Source: Candidatus Thorarchaeota archaeon (GTDB taxonomy: Archaea; Asgardarchaeota; Thorarchaeia; Thorarchaeales; Thorarchaeaceae). From it: a stretch of 64,000 nucleotides of DNA. The DNA is taken from positions 832,001 through 896,000 of the forward strand of contig CAVSBO010000003.1 of assembly GCA_963726195.1 (NCBI GenBank), in the 5' to 3' direction. This document shows positions 52,078 to 62,982 of this stretch, piece after piece. The notes under the pieces were generated by a model that was given only the letters and a program-made list of their open reading frames with translations, had not been told where the DNA came from and did no database searches. Every line of letters starts with the position of its first letter. The stretch's first letter is position 1. Both the position numbers and the translations under genes were made by a program.

Positions 52078-54309
52078 CTAGTCAAGAGCTTTCGAAGACA
52101 CAACTGTGGCAATCTGAAGTGCAGGAACTGGACTCCCGGCAGCAATGAAGCTGTCTGTCCAGCTAGGCAGTCCGGGTGCGCCACCATTGCTGAGCATGCT
52201 TTGCCAAGCCTCATCTGTGAGCCTATCGCTCGCGGGCTGAATGAACTCATAGTAAGAGAATACACCACCGCGGGCCAGGAATACTTGGCCATCTGAAGGA
52301 ATAGCGACGTAGATGAACATCGGGTTGCCGACCGCCTCTTCGAGAACCGTCATTGTGTTTGGATCTGTATGTACATCGGCTATGAGAGCCATCGAGCGGT
52401 CGGTGCTAGATGTGTATTGTGTATTCTCCGGAATCTGAGTGACGTTCTGTAGAATTAGATATGACGACCGTATCAGGCTGATTTCCGTGTCATTCAGGAC
52501 CTGCCCTGTGAGCTCTTTGACCGAGATTGACTTCAGTCCTAGAAGGAAGTCTAGCAGCGTCTCAAGCTTCTGTTCAATATCCTTCGAAAGCAAGTCCCGG
52601 CTCGTGAGACCGGCAATCATCATCGTGCATAAGGAGGCCAGCCTTGCATAGACTGCGGGTACTGGCTCGACATATCCTGCTTCTGGACTCTCCGGTGGTA
52701 TTCCGGTATTCCTGGTACCCGATTGCTTGGCATAGAGTATGGTATCATGGCGTAGTTCTGTCCAAGAGCCGAGTGCTGTGTTCAGTTGCTTGTCTGTCCA
52801 AGCGTCATTGTTCATGAAGAGAGGATATCCAGCTTCTGTTGAGCTAAGAAGGGGTAACAAGGAGTAGAGCCACAAGTAGTACAGATTGTGCGTCCACTCC
52901 TGTACAGACATGTTGCCAATCAATTCTCGGAGCATATCCATTTGCTCAACGTACCTGTAGTACCCCTTTTGATTGTCGAGATACTTCCATGCCACATCTG
53001 AACCCAGCGCCGCCATCACGTCAAGCCCCTTTGGCATGAGGCGAGGGTTACTATCGGTGCCGACATTGGTATAGACGAGTTGGCCCAGAATGTAGCTGTC
53101 TGGAATGTATCTTTGGCCCATGAATCGCATACCCATAGTCGCATTCATGTCTTCCCCAGAGCCATAGGGCGTTCCAAGAATCAGCGGACTACGCAAGCCG
53201 CGAGCAGCATCTATGAATTGTCCCAGCAGGGTGTCATTATCCAACTCCGGAAGCGTAACGGCGGGTCCATAGATACTCTTGGTCAACTCAAGATAGTCGG
53301 TTGGTAACAGGTCGTCGGCCGACCCGACAAAGAAGACCGTAGGCTGATAGATTGCATCCCAGACTTGGTATCCGCTCAAAGAATCGGCGAGACTTCTTAT
53401 CTGGTTCGTCAGTGCAAGTGATATCAGAATAGCTTGAGGGGTCTGTTCCCAGGCTTGGTCGGCGTTGAGTCTGAAAGAGACACGACCGTACCACATCATT
53501 GCTTTGAAGTACTGGCTTAGAACCGCACTTCGAGTGTAGTGCCCACGAGGTACGTACTGCGAGAAATCCTCGCCATAGCCCATGAACCATGCGTTGGATA
53601 TCCCGGCGTGCGCCTCGATGAGAGACAGCACCTGATTGACCTCAGCAACTACCTCAGAGGGGACGGTGGTCGTGTTGTCAATCAAGCACGCTGCCACGGC
53701 AAAGTATGCAACGTTTCTGAGAGCAGCATCCTTCCAACGACCTTCTGTGAGAATCTGATACTGTGCATATGAGTCCGTCAGCATGGATATCGTGAGAGCC
53801 CGAAGAAGATCCCAGAATGAGTAGACTTCTGCCTGCCTTAGAGCAAGGTCATAGAGAACATGGAAGGCATGGAGAACTGAGTCTGTCGTAATGAACTGTG
53901 GAATCGCCATTTCATGATTAGAGTCCATGATTTCGTATATCTGGCTGTGATAGGATTGAGGCGTGACGACGAACCCGTTCCTTTCAAGCAACGAGCGTTC
54001 GGCAGACGTGAGAGAACAGAACTTGTCCATGTTGACTACGTTCGAGAGACCGGTGCCCAGACTATATGCCGGCGCATTGGGTGTGAAGCTCTCATCATAT
54101 GGGACGTAGTCTGCGAATGAATTGGGCACGGAAACATTAATCGTGAAGTACATGCCATTCCTCGCACCGGGTAAGTATGAAAACACACCCGAAATCAAAC
54201 CTAAACCTGCAACGAGGCTGACTGCAATCAGAGAAGCAGATATGCCTCCTGCGAGCATCTTTCGCTTTGTTTGGTTATCAAGTGCTTTCGCTACAAGCGC
54301 CGGAAACAT
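52078..54309 (-). CDS. DUF3160-domain secreted/membrane-anchored protein
   Basis: N-terminal TM, FITTDSVLH, DFSQYVPRGHY, WTELRHDTILYAKQS, GYVEP, IADVHT, GGVFSYYEF. Confidence 0.85.
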   Translation of the reverse strand: MFPALVAKALDNQTKRKMLAGGISASLIAVSLVAGLGLISGVFSYLPGARNGMYFTINVSVPNSFADYVPYDESFTPNAPAYSLGTGLSNVVNMDKFCSLTSAERSLLERNGFVVTPQSYHSQIYEIMDSNHEMAIPQFITTDSVLHAFHVLYDLALRQAEVYSFWDLLRALTISMLTDSYAQYQILTEGRWKDAALRNVAYFAVAACLIDNTTTVPSEVVAEVNQVLSLIEAHAGISNAWFMGYGEDFSQYVPRGHYTRSAVLSQYFKAMMWYGRVSFRLNADQAWEQTPQAILISLALTNQIRSLADSLSGYQVWDAIYQPTVFFVGSADDLLPTDYLELTKSIYGPAVTLPELDNDTLLGQFIDAARGLRSPLILGTPYGSGEDMNATMGMRFMGQRYIPDSYILGQLVYTNVGTDSNPRLMPKGLDVMAALGSDVAWKYLDNQKGYYRYVEQMDMLRELIGNMSVQEWTHNLYYLWLYSLLPLLSSTEAGYPLFMNNDAWTDKQLNTALGSWTELRHDTILYAKQSGTRNTGIPPESPEAGYVEPVPAVYARLASLCTMMIAGLTSRDLLSKDIEQKLETLLDFLLGLKSISVKELTGQVLNDTEISLIRSSYLILQNVTQIPENTQYTSSTDRSMALIADVHTDPNTMTVLEEAVGNPMFIYVAIPSDGQVFLARGGVFSYYEFIQPASDRLTDEAWQSMLSNGGAPGLPSWTDSFIAAGSPVPALQIATVVSSKALD

Positions 54310-54412
54310 GGGTGTGCTATTGAAGTACCTGCAGATAGTACCATGGATTAGGACAGAGTGTCCATGAAGTAGAACAGGGAAGAGATTATCTGTAAGGCGC
54401 TCGACCGTCGTT

Positions 54413-54880
54413 ATGGTGGTGTGTGTTACGGGAGAAGAAAAAGACGCTCAGGACTTGGAAGCGGAACTCAGAGGAAACACGCTCAGAGTCTACTGGTACA
54501 TGTTGCAGCAATCCAAGCCCGTCGGTGTAAGGGAAGTACAGCGTGCTTTGGGCATGTCCAGCCCTTCAGTAGCCAGCCACCATCTCTCGAAGCTGCTCGA
54601 TCTTGACCTTATCGCAAAACAGACAGACAACACTTACGAACTCAAGCAAATCGTTAAGGTCGGAACTCTCAGGAACTTCGTTGCTTACAGGGGAGTGCTT
54701 CTTCCCAGATACGCATTTGTCGCCTTCTTCTTCACTGCCTTCACAATAGCCTATCTTGTCATTGCTGTGTTTGCGCCCGTCAGTACTTTCGACAGGTATG
54801 TTGCTTTGGCGTTGGGGATTGTGGGTGCCCTGTTCGGATGGTTTGAGACATATCGGCTCTGGAGAATAAAACTGGTCTGA
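54413..54880 (+). CDS. Membrane-anchored wHTH regulator
   Basis: GVREVQRALGMSSPSVASHHLSKL plus two C-terminal TM helices. Confidence 0.8.
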   Translation: MVVCVTGEEKDAQDLEAELRGNTLRVYWYMLQQSKPVGVREVQRALGMSSPSVASHHLSKLLDLDLIAKQTDNTYELKQIVKVGTLRNFVAYRGVLLPRYAFVAFFFTAFTIAYLVIAVFAPVSTFDRYVALALGIVGALFGWFETYRLWRIKLV

Positions 54881-54988
54881 GAGCTCAGCAAATAGGAGGT
54901 TTGCTCGGTTTACAGACAGTCAATTATGACTGTCATCGATGGCGCAGGCCGAAACCGGTATCAATTGCTACAGGGCGTTGCTTGCCAT

Positions 54989-55477
54989 ATGGTGAAAGTC
55001 CTCATAATCTATGACTCAGAGACCGGAAACACAGAGAAGATGGCGAATCTGGTGGCCGCTGGTGCCCGAGAAGTCAAGAATGTGGACGTGGCAGTCAAGA
55101 AGGTGGATCAGGCGAGCAACGAAGACCTGATGGACGTGCATGCTATCATTATGGGCTCACCAACGTACTATGGACAGATGTCAGGGAAGCTGAAGTCGTT
55201 TATAGATGCGAGCGCAGCAATACATGGAAAGCTGAAAGGCAAGGTAGGCGGCGCGTTCACAAGTTCGGGCGGCACAGCTTCAGGTGCTGAGACCACTCTA
55301 CTCTCAATCTTGAACGCGATGCTGATACACGGGATGGTGATCGTCGGAAGATCTGACAATAAGCACTACGGTGCTGCTGCCGTGGAAGAGCCAGAGGACA
55401 AGGACATAGACATGTGCAAGGAGTTGGGGAAGAGGATCGCAGAACTCACCGTGAAGATACATGGTGGACGAAGCTGA
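54989..55477 (+). CDS. WrbA/flavodoxin-family NAD(P)H oxidoreductase
   Basis: YDSETGNTEKMA, GSPTYYG, GKVGGAFTSSG. Confidence 0.88.
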   Translation: MVKVLIIYDSETGNTEKMANLVAAGAREVKNVDVAVKKVDQASNEDLMDVHAIIMGSPTYYGQMSGKLKSFIDASAAIHGKLKGKVGGAFTSSGGTASGAETTLLSILNAMLIHGMVIVGRSDNKHYGAAAVEEPEDKDIDMCKELGKRIAELTVKIHGGRS

Positions 55478-55561
55478 AATCAGCGGTCCGTGTTAGGCAC
55501 CAACAGCTCACGAGCATATGGTCTAGTCGATTCAATCCAGATTGTTGGGTGTTTGCGGCTT

Positions 55562-56263
55562 CTAGTGCGGGGGATGGAGATTTGTCTCCTTGAACGCAAG
55601 TCCCAGCTTTTGGCGATGACCCGTAGCCACGTAGATTGCTCGTTCAGCTATCATCATGGCATGGTCTGCAGCCCTTTCATAGTATCTTCCAACCAAGATG
55701 TAAAACAATGCCATGCGTATGATAGTATTGTCCCGTCTGAGATAGTCGACAATCTCCTCAAACATGTCCTCAGTTTCTTTGTCTGTTACTGATTCCAGTT
55801 TCTCCAGTTCACCTATTTCGGAAAGGTCTCCGGTGAGGACTGCCTTCATGGCGATATCCAGAGTCTTCTTCGACTGCTGTGCAAGAAAAGGAAGTGTCAC
55901 GAGTTCCTTGAAGTGCTGCAGGTGCAACCCGTCAGCCAGCTTCACGATATGAGCAATCTTGGACGCATGTCGGCCTATCCGGTAGAGGTTACCTGCTACC
56001 TGCAAGTAGCCTGCCAGCTTCCGGAGGTCTCCTGCCACCGGCTGCCTTCTTGCTATTGTCTCGATGATGTTCTCTTCTACCTTGTGTGATAGCTCCTCGT
56101 TCTCGTTTGCCATCTCATCGACTTGAAGCGCGATACTTACATCGATGCTCTCGAATGCTTTCATCGCAAGCAGGAGACCATTCCCGCAGAGTTCCTGCAT
56201 CTTTGTTAGTCTCTTTCCGATGTCATCGATGTACTTCTCAAGAAGTGTTCCCATTACTCTCAC
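55562..56263 (-). CDS. phoU: Phosphate signalling protein PhoU
   Basis: RRQPVAGDLR, RYYERAADHA; follows pstB. Confidence 0.9.
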   Translation of the reverse strand: MRVMGTLLEKYIDDIGKRLTKMQELCGNGLLLAMKAFESIDVSIALQVDEMANENEELSHKVEENIIETIARRQPVAGDLRKLAGYLQVAGNLYRIGRHASKIAHIVKLADGLHLQHFKELVTLPFLAQQSKKTLDIAMKAVLTGDLSEIGELEKLESVTDKETEDMFEEIVDYLRRDNTIIRMALFYILVGRYYERAADHAMMIAERAIYVATGHRQKLGLAFKETNLHPPH

Positions 56264-56264
56264 C

Positions 56265-57032
56265 TCATCCTATGCGACCAGTGATGAATGCTTCAGTACG
56301 TGGGTCAGACGGTGCCTCCGCGATAGAACTAGTCTTATCGAATTCTACTAGCTCTCCCAGATACAGGAAAGCCGCTTGGTCGGACACTCTGAATGCCTGC
56401 TGCACATTGTGCGTTACCATTATTATCGTATAATCCTTCTTCAGCTCTACGATCAGGTTCTCGATCTTGGCGGCGCTTATTGGGTCCAGAGAGGAAACTG
56501 GCTCGTCCATAAGGAGGACTGGCGGGTCGACCGAAAGAGCTCTTGCAATGCAGAGCCTCTGCTGCTGGCCTCCTGAAAGGTTTGGAGCAGGCTCGTCAAG
56601 TTGGTCCTTAACTTCGTCCCATAGAGCAGCTCTTCGGAGGGATTTCTCCACTATCTTGTCTAGCTCGGAATTGTCCTTCACACCGTGTAACCTTGGTCCA
56701 TACTTGACGTTGTCGCTGACACTCATCGGGAATGGATTTGGTCGCTGGAAGACCATTCCAATCTTTCGCCGAAGGTCGTAGACGTTGGCTTGGGGGCCGT
56801 AGATATTTTCTCCCTCAAGCAGAACCCTGCCCTTCATCCTGAAGTTGCCAATCATATCGTTGAGTCGGTTGATTGTCCGAAGCAGAGTACTCTTTCCACA
56901 ACCTGATGGACCCATGATAGCGGTCACTTGGTTGTCACTGAAGTGGCATGTGATATTCTTCAGAACCTGCTTTGGCCCGAACCATGTGGATAGGTCATAC
57001 ACCTCAATCTGATGCGTCCAAGCTGTCATCAT
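56265..57032 (-). CDS. pstB: Phosphate ABC transporter ATP-binding protein
   Basis: [39 protein letters not shown]. Confidence 0.96.
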   Translation of the reverse strand: MMTAWTHQIEVYDLSTWFGPKQVLKNITCHFSDNQVTAIMGPSGCGKSTLLRTINRLNDMIGNFRMKGRVLLEGENIYGPQANVYDLRRKIGMVFQRPNPFPMSVSDNVKYGPRLHGVKDNSELDKIVEKSLRRAALWDEVKDQLDEPAPNLSGGQQQRLCIARALSVDPPVLLMDEPVSSLDPISAAKIENLIVELKKDYTIIMVTHNVQQAFRVSDQAAFLYLGELVEFDKTSSIAEAPSDPRTEAFITGRIG

Positions 57033-57997
57033 GCCAGCCTCCTAGTCACCTTTCTCGATAGGTAGTTAGCAATCACATCCACAGCCAAGACCATGATGAG
57101 CAGGGCAAGAGCAGTGGAGTCTGCTTTCACCTGAAGATAAGGCCGTGGGTCTGTGATGTACGCCCAAATCGTAAACGGAAGTGATGCAACCCACGAAGCC
57201 GGACCCAGAAACGATGAAGGGGTGGTGAGGCTATTGCCGGAGGTGAATATCAGTGGGGCGGTCTCACCCATTACTCTGCCTATGGCCAGTAGTACTCCAG
57301 TCATGATTCCCGGAAACGCTGCCCTTATGGTCACTCGCCAAGTAGTAGTCCACTTCGTGGCACCCAGAGCAAGCGACGCCTCTCGCAATGAGACCGGGAC
57401 CTGCCGCAAGGCCTCCTGAGTCGTCCTCAGGACTGTGGGAATCATCATGAAGGCTAGGGTCAGCCCTCCCGAAACGAGTCCCATTCCCACACCCAGGAAA
57501 ACCACAATGAAAGCGAATCCAAAAGCTCCGAGTACTATTGACGGTATGCCGGCGAGGACATCAGACGCGAACTCGACGATATTGCGTATTCTGCCTGGTG
57601 GAGAGTATTCGTTAATGTACACTGCGCCGAGTACACTGAGAGGAATGCCAACGCCACCTGCGACAAGAACCAGCAGAATCGTCCCGACGAGTGCATTGCG
57701 GATTCCTCCTGTAAGACCAGCGCCCGGAAACGTCGTGAAGAAGTCCAGAGTCAGTCCGCCCAATCCCGTAATTGCCAGCTGGATGATGATGAGGAAGAAT
57801 GGCAGAACAACAATCAGCGTCGCTACAGCAAAGATGATCTTCAAGAACAGGTCCTTTGCTTCACGCTTGCTTCTGACCAACAGCTGAGACTTCAGCCAGA
57901 GCAATAGTCTTCTTCCTCGCCCAATCTGGGGCTCCACAGCTGATGGGGCTGCTTCACTCGTCGCGCCTGTTATCGCAGAATCGGAGCCGCTCGACAT
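57029..57997 (-). CDS. pstA: Phosphate ABC transporter permease
   Basis: [26 protein letters not shown]. Confidence 0.92.
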   Translation of the reverse strand: MSSGSDSAITGATSEAAPSAVEPQIGRGRRLLLWLKSQLLVRSKREAKDLFLKIIFAVATLIVVLPFFLIIIQLAITGLGGLTLDFFTTFPGAGLTGGIRNALVGTILLVLVAGGVGIPLSVLGAVYINEYSPPGRIRNIVEFASDVLAGIPSIVLGAFGFAFIVVFLGVGMGLVSGGLTLAFMMIPTVLRTTQEALRQVPVSLREASLALGATKWTTTWRVTIRAAFPGIMTGVLLAIGRVMGETAPLIFTSGNSLTTPSSFLGPASWVASLPFTIWAYITDPRPYLQVKADSTALALLIMVLAVDVIANYLSRKVTRRLA

Positions 57998-58008
57998 TCG
58001 TTCACATC

Positions 58009-59040
58009 CTATACTAAACCTCTGGTCTTCATTCCCCATTTTACGAACCACTTGGCAATGACTGTGAAAGATACAGACATCAGTAGCAGGACAAATGCCA
58101 CTGCGAACAATGCTGACCTCCAGAGTGGATAGACAAAGGCGTAGCCAAGCTGGTTTGTTATTATGCTGGTCATGACATAAGTCGGGTCTAGGAGCGTGAA
58201 AGGTATCTGCAGGGAGTTGCCCGTTACCATGAGCACGGCCATCGTTTCGCCGACCGCTCTTCCCAGGGACAGTACTATCGCCGCCCCTATGCCCGGTATG
58301 GCTGCAGAGACCACTATCTTCACGGCTGTCTCTGTCTTGGTTGCACCCAGCGCAAGTGATGCCTCACGATACGAACTCGGCACGGACCGGAGCGCATCGT
58401 CCGAAACTGCTACTACCGTGGGCAACAGCATTATGGCCAGTATGGTGCCGCCAGCGAGAACACTGAGACCGTTAGTCGAGCCTTGGAACCACGGCATCCA
58501 CGCGGTCAAAGGATTCGATTGCACTGCAGGTGCAAATGAGTTCTTGATCCAAGGCACCATCACGATGTAAGCCCATAACCCGTACACTATGGAAGGTATT
58601 GCGGCCATCATCTCTACAATCATGCGCAGAGAGGTTCTGATTCTAGGTGGGCAGAACTCGCTCAGAAACACGGCCGCCCCGATACCCAAGGGAAGAGCCA
58701 TCGCGATTGCCAAGAACGTGCACATGAATGATCCGACAATGAACAACCCAATACCGTAGAGGTCTCTGTTCGGGTCCCAAATTGGTTGTATGACAATCGA
58801 AGGCCCTCCTTGAGGGGCCAGAAAAATCGGCGTTGCTTCATACCAGAGAAAGGTTAGAATGAGTATTATCAGAGCAGAACCTACGAAAGCCGGTATGAGA
58901 AGAACGAATTTGCCGACAGCATCCTGTAAAGCGGGGCCTCGCATTCTACTGAGGGCCCGAAGTCTAACTGTGACGTTTGACCCGATTCGTCCCGGAAATC
59001 GGTTTGGAGATGATTCCCCTGATGAATCTTCTGATGCCAT
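58009..59040 (-). CDS. pstC: Phosphate ABC transporter permease
   Basis: WDP, AAIPSIVYGLW, GRAVGETMAV. Confidence 0.93.
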   Translation of the reverse strand: MASEDSSGESSPNRFPGRIGSNVTVRLRALSRMRGPALQDAVGKFVLLIPAFVGSALIILILTFLWYEATPIFLAPQGGPSIVIQPIWDPNRDLYGIGLFIVGSFMCTFLAIAMALPLGIGAAVFLSEFCPPRIRTSLRMIVEMMAAIPSIVYGLWAYIVMVPWIKNSFAPAVQSNPLTAWMPWFQGSTNGLSVLAGGTILAIMLLPTVVAVSDDALRSVPSSYREASLALGATKTETAVKIVVSAAIPGIGAAIVLSLGRAVGETMAVLMVTGNSLQIPFTLLDPTYVMTSIITNQLGYAFVYPLWRSALFAVAFVLLLMSVSFTVIAKWFVKWGMKTRGLV

Positions 59041-59170
59041 CGGCCTTTCACCAGTCTGCTGTCCGTGCTCGGAAACATTGTTCGTGTGTTGAATCCTTTT
59101 TGGTCCTGCTAACTTGATGGAAACGAGGGGTGAGCTGGCACCCGCCAGTCCACCTCTTGGAGGAGAGAGT

Positions 59171-60217
59171 CTAGGGAGTCGGTTTGAGCATGCCCACCTC
59201 GTTCAGAGAATATGATGCTGCCGCCGTTCCATTGATTGGCACATATCCAACGCCGGATACGTATGCCTGCCCCTGTGCAATCGCCCAGTCAAGGTACACA
59301 ATGACATACCAAGGCACATTGTCTACGTTTACCAAGTAGAAGAGGAGCCGAGCTATCGGGTATGCACCCGGAGTGTCGGAATTCATCAGATTCTGGCCGG
59401 GATCAGTCAGTGTGGTTGGAATGGCCTTGAGAGCAGCTGACAAGCTGGGGACCACCCACTGACCATTTCCATAGTTGTAGAGGTCAGCAGCAGTCAGACC
59501 TTCCATGAATGCAAGACCCACATAGCCTATCGCTTTGGAGTCACCCTTTACTCCTGATGCAACAGCAGGATTACCCAGAACCGCGTTGAACCCTGCTGGC
59601 CATGAGATAACCTCCGAGCTTCCGAGCGTCCATGTGAAGTTCGCGTGAGGGTTCGGGTTGCTGCTTGATGTCGATAGCCACTTGCCGAATGTCGCGGTCG
59701 TTCCACTTGAGTCTGATCTCACGTATACATCAATCGTGCCAGTTGCTGCCACACTAACGTGGAAGGTTGAGGCAAAGTTCTCCCAAGTTGTGATGTCACC
59801 TTGGAAGATAGCCGCAGCCATGTCAGAATCAAGCTTGAAGACAGAGCCATTGACCGAGGGATTGACAACAATAGCAAGTGCATCAGCTGCTATAGGCAGG
59901 ATCTTCACATTTGGGTAGTCTCCACGGTATTGAGCAGACGGGTAAGAGCTGGACGCGCCTATGTGTATCAGGCGTTGAGCTACCTGAGACTGCCCGAGTC
60001 CTGAACCACCTGCTACAACATTGACTACGAAAGCAGGGAAGCCCTCGGAGAACATGCTTGACCATTCTTGGCTCAGTGGATAGACGGTTGTAGAGCCAGC
60101 CGTGGAAATCGTGTATGTGACCGGGGCGCCCGATGGCATCAGCACGAAGACTGCACCGGCACCCACCATGATGCCGATTAGCAGGTAAACGCAGAGTGTC
60201 GTTGCATTCTTCTTCAT
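59171..60217 (-). CDS. pstS: Phosphate ABC transporter substrate-binding protein
   Basis: AGSTTVYP, GGSGLG, RSDSSGTT, YPIAR. Confidence 0.93.
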   Translation of the reverse strand: MKKNATTLCVYLLIGIMVGAGAVFVLMPSGAPVTYTISTAGSTTVYPLSQEWSSMFSEGFPAFVVNVVAGGSGLGQSQVAQRLIHIGASSSYPSAQYRGDYPNVKILPIAADALAIVVNPSVNGSVFKLDSDMAAAIFQGDITTWENFASTFHVSVAATGTIDVYVRSDSSGTTATFGKWLSTSSSNPNPHANFTWTLGSSEVISWPAGFNAVLGNPAVASGVKGDSKAIGYVGLAFMEGLTAADLYNYGNGQWVVPSLSAALKAIPTTLTDPGQNLMNSDTPGAYPIARLLFYLVNVDNVPWYVIVYLDWAIAQGQAYVSGVGYVPINGTAAASYSLNEVGMLKPTP

Positions 60218-60464
60218 GCTCTTGGTTTCCCTTCTTGTCAGACGCCACCATTGACGGCAGCATAAATATGATGCGCATGAGTCTGAAGTGTCTGCTATTG
60301 ACGTATCTACTTCATGTGACAGTGCCCATCATAAGAGATGAGAGAGACCACCGTCGGTATGGCGACGGAAGCTCGTGCGCGTCCAGGGTCGCGCTTGAAC
60401 TAAGTGCTGCACGCGGATTCCGGATATAGAAGAGATATAAGAACCACGAGTCAGATGCCGCGTC

Positions 60465-61343
60465 GTGTCTAAGACTCTTAGCAAGCAATTGAAGAAAAGC
60501 ATCATCAAGAGCCAGAGACAAGAAATCACTGAACACGTGATTTACAGTAAGCTTGCAGAGTCAACGAAAGACGAGAAGAACCGAAATACTCTGAAGGAGC
60601 TGGCGGACGATGAACTTGAGCACTATGAAGTCTGGAAGTCCCTGACGAAAAAGGACGTGAAACCGAAGTCCTCTACCATCCGGAAGTTCATGCTGTATGC
60701 CAGACTCTTCGGCCTAACCTTCAGCCTCAAGCTCATGGAACACGGAGAACAGCGTGCACAGAGGTTTTACGCAAGTCTCTCAGAGCAGGTGCCAGAGGCA
60801 GGCGTGATAGTCAACGACGAGACCGAGCATGAGAATGATCTCATTGATATCATAAACGAAGAGAAGCTGAAATACGTCAGTGCAATCGTCCTCGGTCTCG
60901 ATGACGCCATCGTCGAATTCACGGGCGCGCTAGCTGGTTTCACATTCGCCCTGCAAGACGCACGGTTGATAGCCATGACAGCCTTGATCACAGGCATTGC
61001 CGCATCGCTGTCAATGGGATCGTCAGAGTATCTATCAACGAAGTCGGAGGGAGGGGACAAGAGCCCGCGAAAAGCCGCTGCATACACGGCCATTGCCTAT
61101 CTAATGACCGTGCTGGCATTGATAGTGCCCTTCTTGATCCTCAAAAGCATCTACATGGCGTTGCTCGTATCTATTCTCAGTGGAATTATCATACTCTTCG
61201 TTTTTACATTCTACGTATCGGTCGCAAAGAGCCTGTCTTTCAGGAACAGGTTTCTAGAGACCGCTGGGATCAGTTTGGGTGTGGCCGGCCTCACATTCGT
61301 GTTAGGTCTGCTGGTGAGGATGTACTTCGGGATTCAGATCTAA
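60465..61343 (+). CDS. Rubrerythrin-like plus VIT1/CCC1 iron exporter (MbfA-like)
   Basis: N-terminal DELEH/DETEH ExxH motifs; VLGLDDAIVE and SLSMGSSEYLS. Confidence 0.85.
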   Translation: MSKTLSKQLKKSIIKSQRQEITEHVIYSKLAESTKDEKNRNTLKELADDELEHYEVWKSLTKKDVKPKSSTIRKFMLYARLFGLTFSLKLMEHGEQRAQRFYASLSEQVPEAGVIVNDETEHENDLIDIINEEKLKYVSAIVLGLDDAIVEFTGALAGFTFALQDARLIAMTALITGIAASLSMGSSEYLSTKSEGGDKSPRKAAAYTAIAYLMTVLALIVPFLILKSIYMALLVSILSGIIILFVFTFYVSVAKSLSFRNRFLETAGISLGVAGLTFVLGLLVRMYFGIQI

Positions 61344-61493
61344 GACACCACTCGTCCTTGGACTGAGAAAAGGGCTAATGGACTCGGCAGGCTCACCAAG
61401 TGATTGCACACCACGTACTTCGAGGAATTGACTGATGTCTCAAGACCAACTGCCTGAGGAAGCGGTCCCGAGTCGACGCACCTGTCGACACGT

Positions 61494-61511
61494 TTAAATG
61501 AATCTAGATTC
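61494..61511 (+). promoter_or_regulatory. TATA-like box fused to palindromic operator GAATCTAGATTC
   Basis: TTAAATGAATCTAGATTC, 17/18 identical to 62884-62901. Confidence 0.7.
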
Positions 61512-61538
61512 TTTTCGGCTGAAGCCCTCAAAGGACAG

Positions 61539-62378
61539 GTGGAAAGGTCAGTGCCGCAAGGTGCAATTGACAGAGAGAGTATGATACAGCCCGAAGTGAG
61601 AGAGAGGATGAAGCATGTGAAACACAAGATCGTTGTCCTCTCAGGAAAAGGAGGCGTTGGGAAGAGCACTGTGTCAGCGAATCTGGCCATGGCTTTCGCA
61701 AAGGAAGGAAAACAGGTTGGTGTGCTTGACGTTGACGTATATGGTCCATCTATACCGAAAATCCTAGGGCTTGAGGGTATGCACCCCGAGGTTTCGGAGA
61801 AATCAATCATACCAGTAGAGGGGCCTCTCGGATGCAAAGTGATGAGCATGGGTTTCCTTCTTCGCAACACTGACGATGCAGTAGCATGGCGTGGTCCTCT
61901 CGTGGCGAAGGCCATAACTCAGTTTCTGAGCGATGTGGAGTGGGGTACCCTAGATATGCTCGTTGTCGATTTGCCGCCAGGCACGGGAGACGAAGTATTG
62001 AGCATCCTTCAGTCAATACCGAAAGTGGACGGAACGCTGATTGTGTCGACTCCTCAAGAAGTTGCTGTGCTCGGGGCAAGGAGATCGATTCAGCTGACTC
62101 AGTTGATGGGCGTCCGAGTGCTGGGGATTGTTGAGAACATGGGTGAGTATGTCTGTCCGAAGTGCGGAGAACGTTACAGGATGATGGGCGAAGGTGCGGT
62201 TGAACGAGCGGCGAGTGACTACGGTGTGCCCTACCTCGGTTCTCTACCGATGGACCCGGCAATCATGGGATTCTCAGATCAAGGTACACCTTTCGTCATA
62301 GCAGCGCCTGAGTCTGAGGCTAGCAAAGCGTTCATGGAAGTGGCTCACAGAGTATTCGAGCTGATTGGTGAGTCTTAG
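61539..62378 (+). CDS. Mrp/ApbC/NBP35 Fe-S carrier ATPase
   Basis: SGKGGVGKST, DVYGPS, VDLPPGTGD, GIVENM...CPKC. Confidence 0.93.
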   Translation: MERSVPQGAIDRESMIQPEVRERMKHVKHKIVVLSGKGGVGKSTVSANLAMAFAKEGKQVGVLDVDVYGPSIPKILGLEGMHPEVSEKSIIPVEGPLGCKVMSMGFLLRNTDDAVAWRGPLVAKAITQFLSDVEWGTLDMLVVDLPPGTGDEVLSILQSIPKVDGTLIVSTPQEVAVLGARRSIQLTQLMGVRVLGIVENMGEYVCPKCGERYRMMGEGAVERAASDYGVPYLGSLPMDPAIMGFSDQGTPFVIAAPESEASKAFMEVAHRVFELIGES

Positions 62379-62434
62379 GTCTCTTTAGTCAGAACAAAGA
62401 ACATGGTCAATCTTTATGGCCTCATGTCAGTGTT

Positions 62435-62857
62435 GTGATGGATATGCCTCGAAGAAAGATTCACAGACTTGTCGACAGTGAACCGCCGATATCCGTCTTC
62501 AAGCCAGCGGGTGTGCCAGCAAGAGACCTGGAAGAGACGCTCGTTACCGTCGATGAGTTTGAGGCGCTGAGACTCTCGGATTACGAAGGGCTGGGCCAGA
62601 GAGACGCATGTGAGGCAATGAAGGTCAGTCAGCCTACATTCAACAGGATTCTCAGTTCTGCAAGAAAGAAGGTTTCCACCGCCCTTGTCAAGGGGTACGT
62701 CTTGAGGATCGAGGGGGGCAACTACGTGCTAGGTGACGGCAGCGGAGGCCTTGAATGCAGAGTCTGCGGGCACGTAGTCGAGTCCTCTTCCGGGGAAACC
62801 GCTCCTTGTCCAAAGTGCGGTTCAACCGAGTTCAGGTGGACTCGCAGGCACAGGTAG
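62435..62857 (+). CDS. DUF134-family HTH protein with C-terminal zinc ribbon
   Basis: FKPAG, DEFEALRLSDYEG, MKVSQPTF...ARKK...IEGG, CRVC/CPKC. Confidence 0.88.
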   Translation: MMDMPRRKIHRLVDSEPPISVFKPAGVPARDLEETLVTVDEFEALRLSDYEGLGQRDACEAMKVSQPTFNRILSSARKKVSTALVKGYVLRIEGGNYVLGDGSGGLECRVCGHVVESSSGETAPCPKCGSTEFRWTRRHR

Positions 62858-62883
62858 TCGTTCTCGTTCACAGACCAAAAGGG

Positions 62884-62927
62884 TTAAATGAATCTGGATT
62901 CGTTACTCATTTTGATTCTGGATTCAA
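62884..62927 (+). promoter_or_regulatory. TATA-like box with tandem palindromic operators
   Basis: TTAAATGAATCTGGATTC (62884-62901) and TTGATTCTGGATTCAA (62912-62927). Confidence 0.7.
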
Positions 62928-62982
62928 TAGAGTGTAGTAGTCAGTCTGTGCGAATCCGGAAAGATAGAATGGAGAACAAGGC

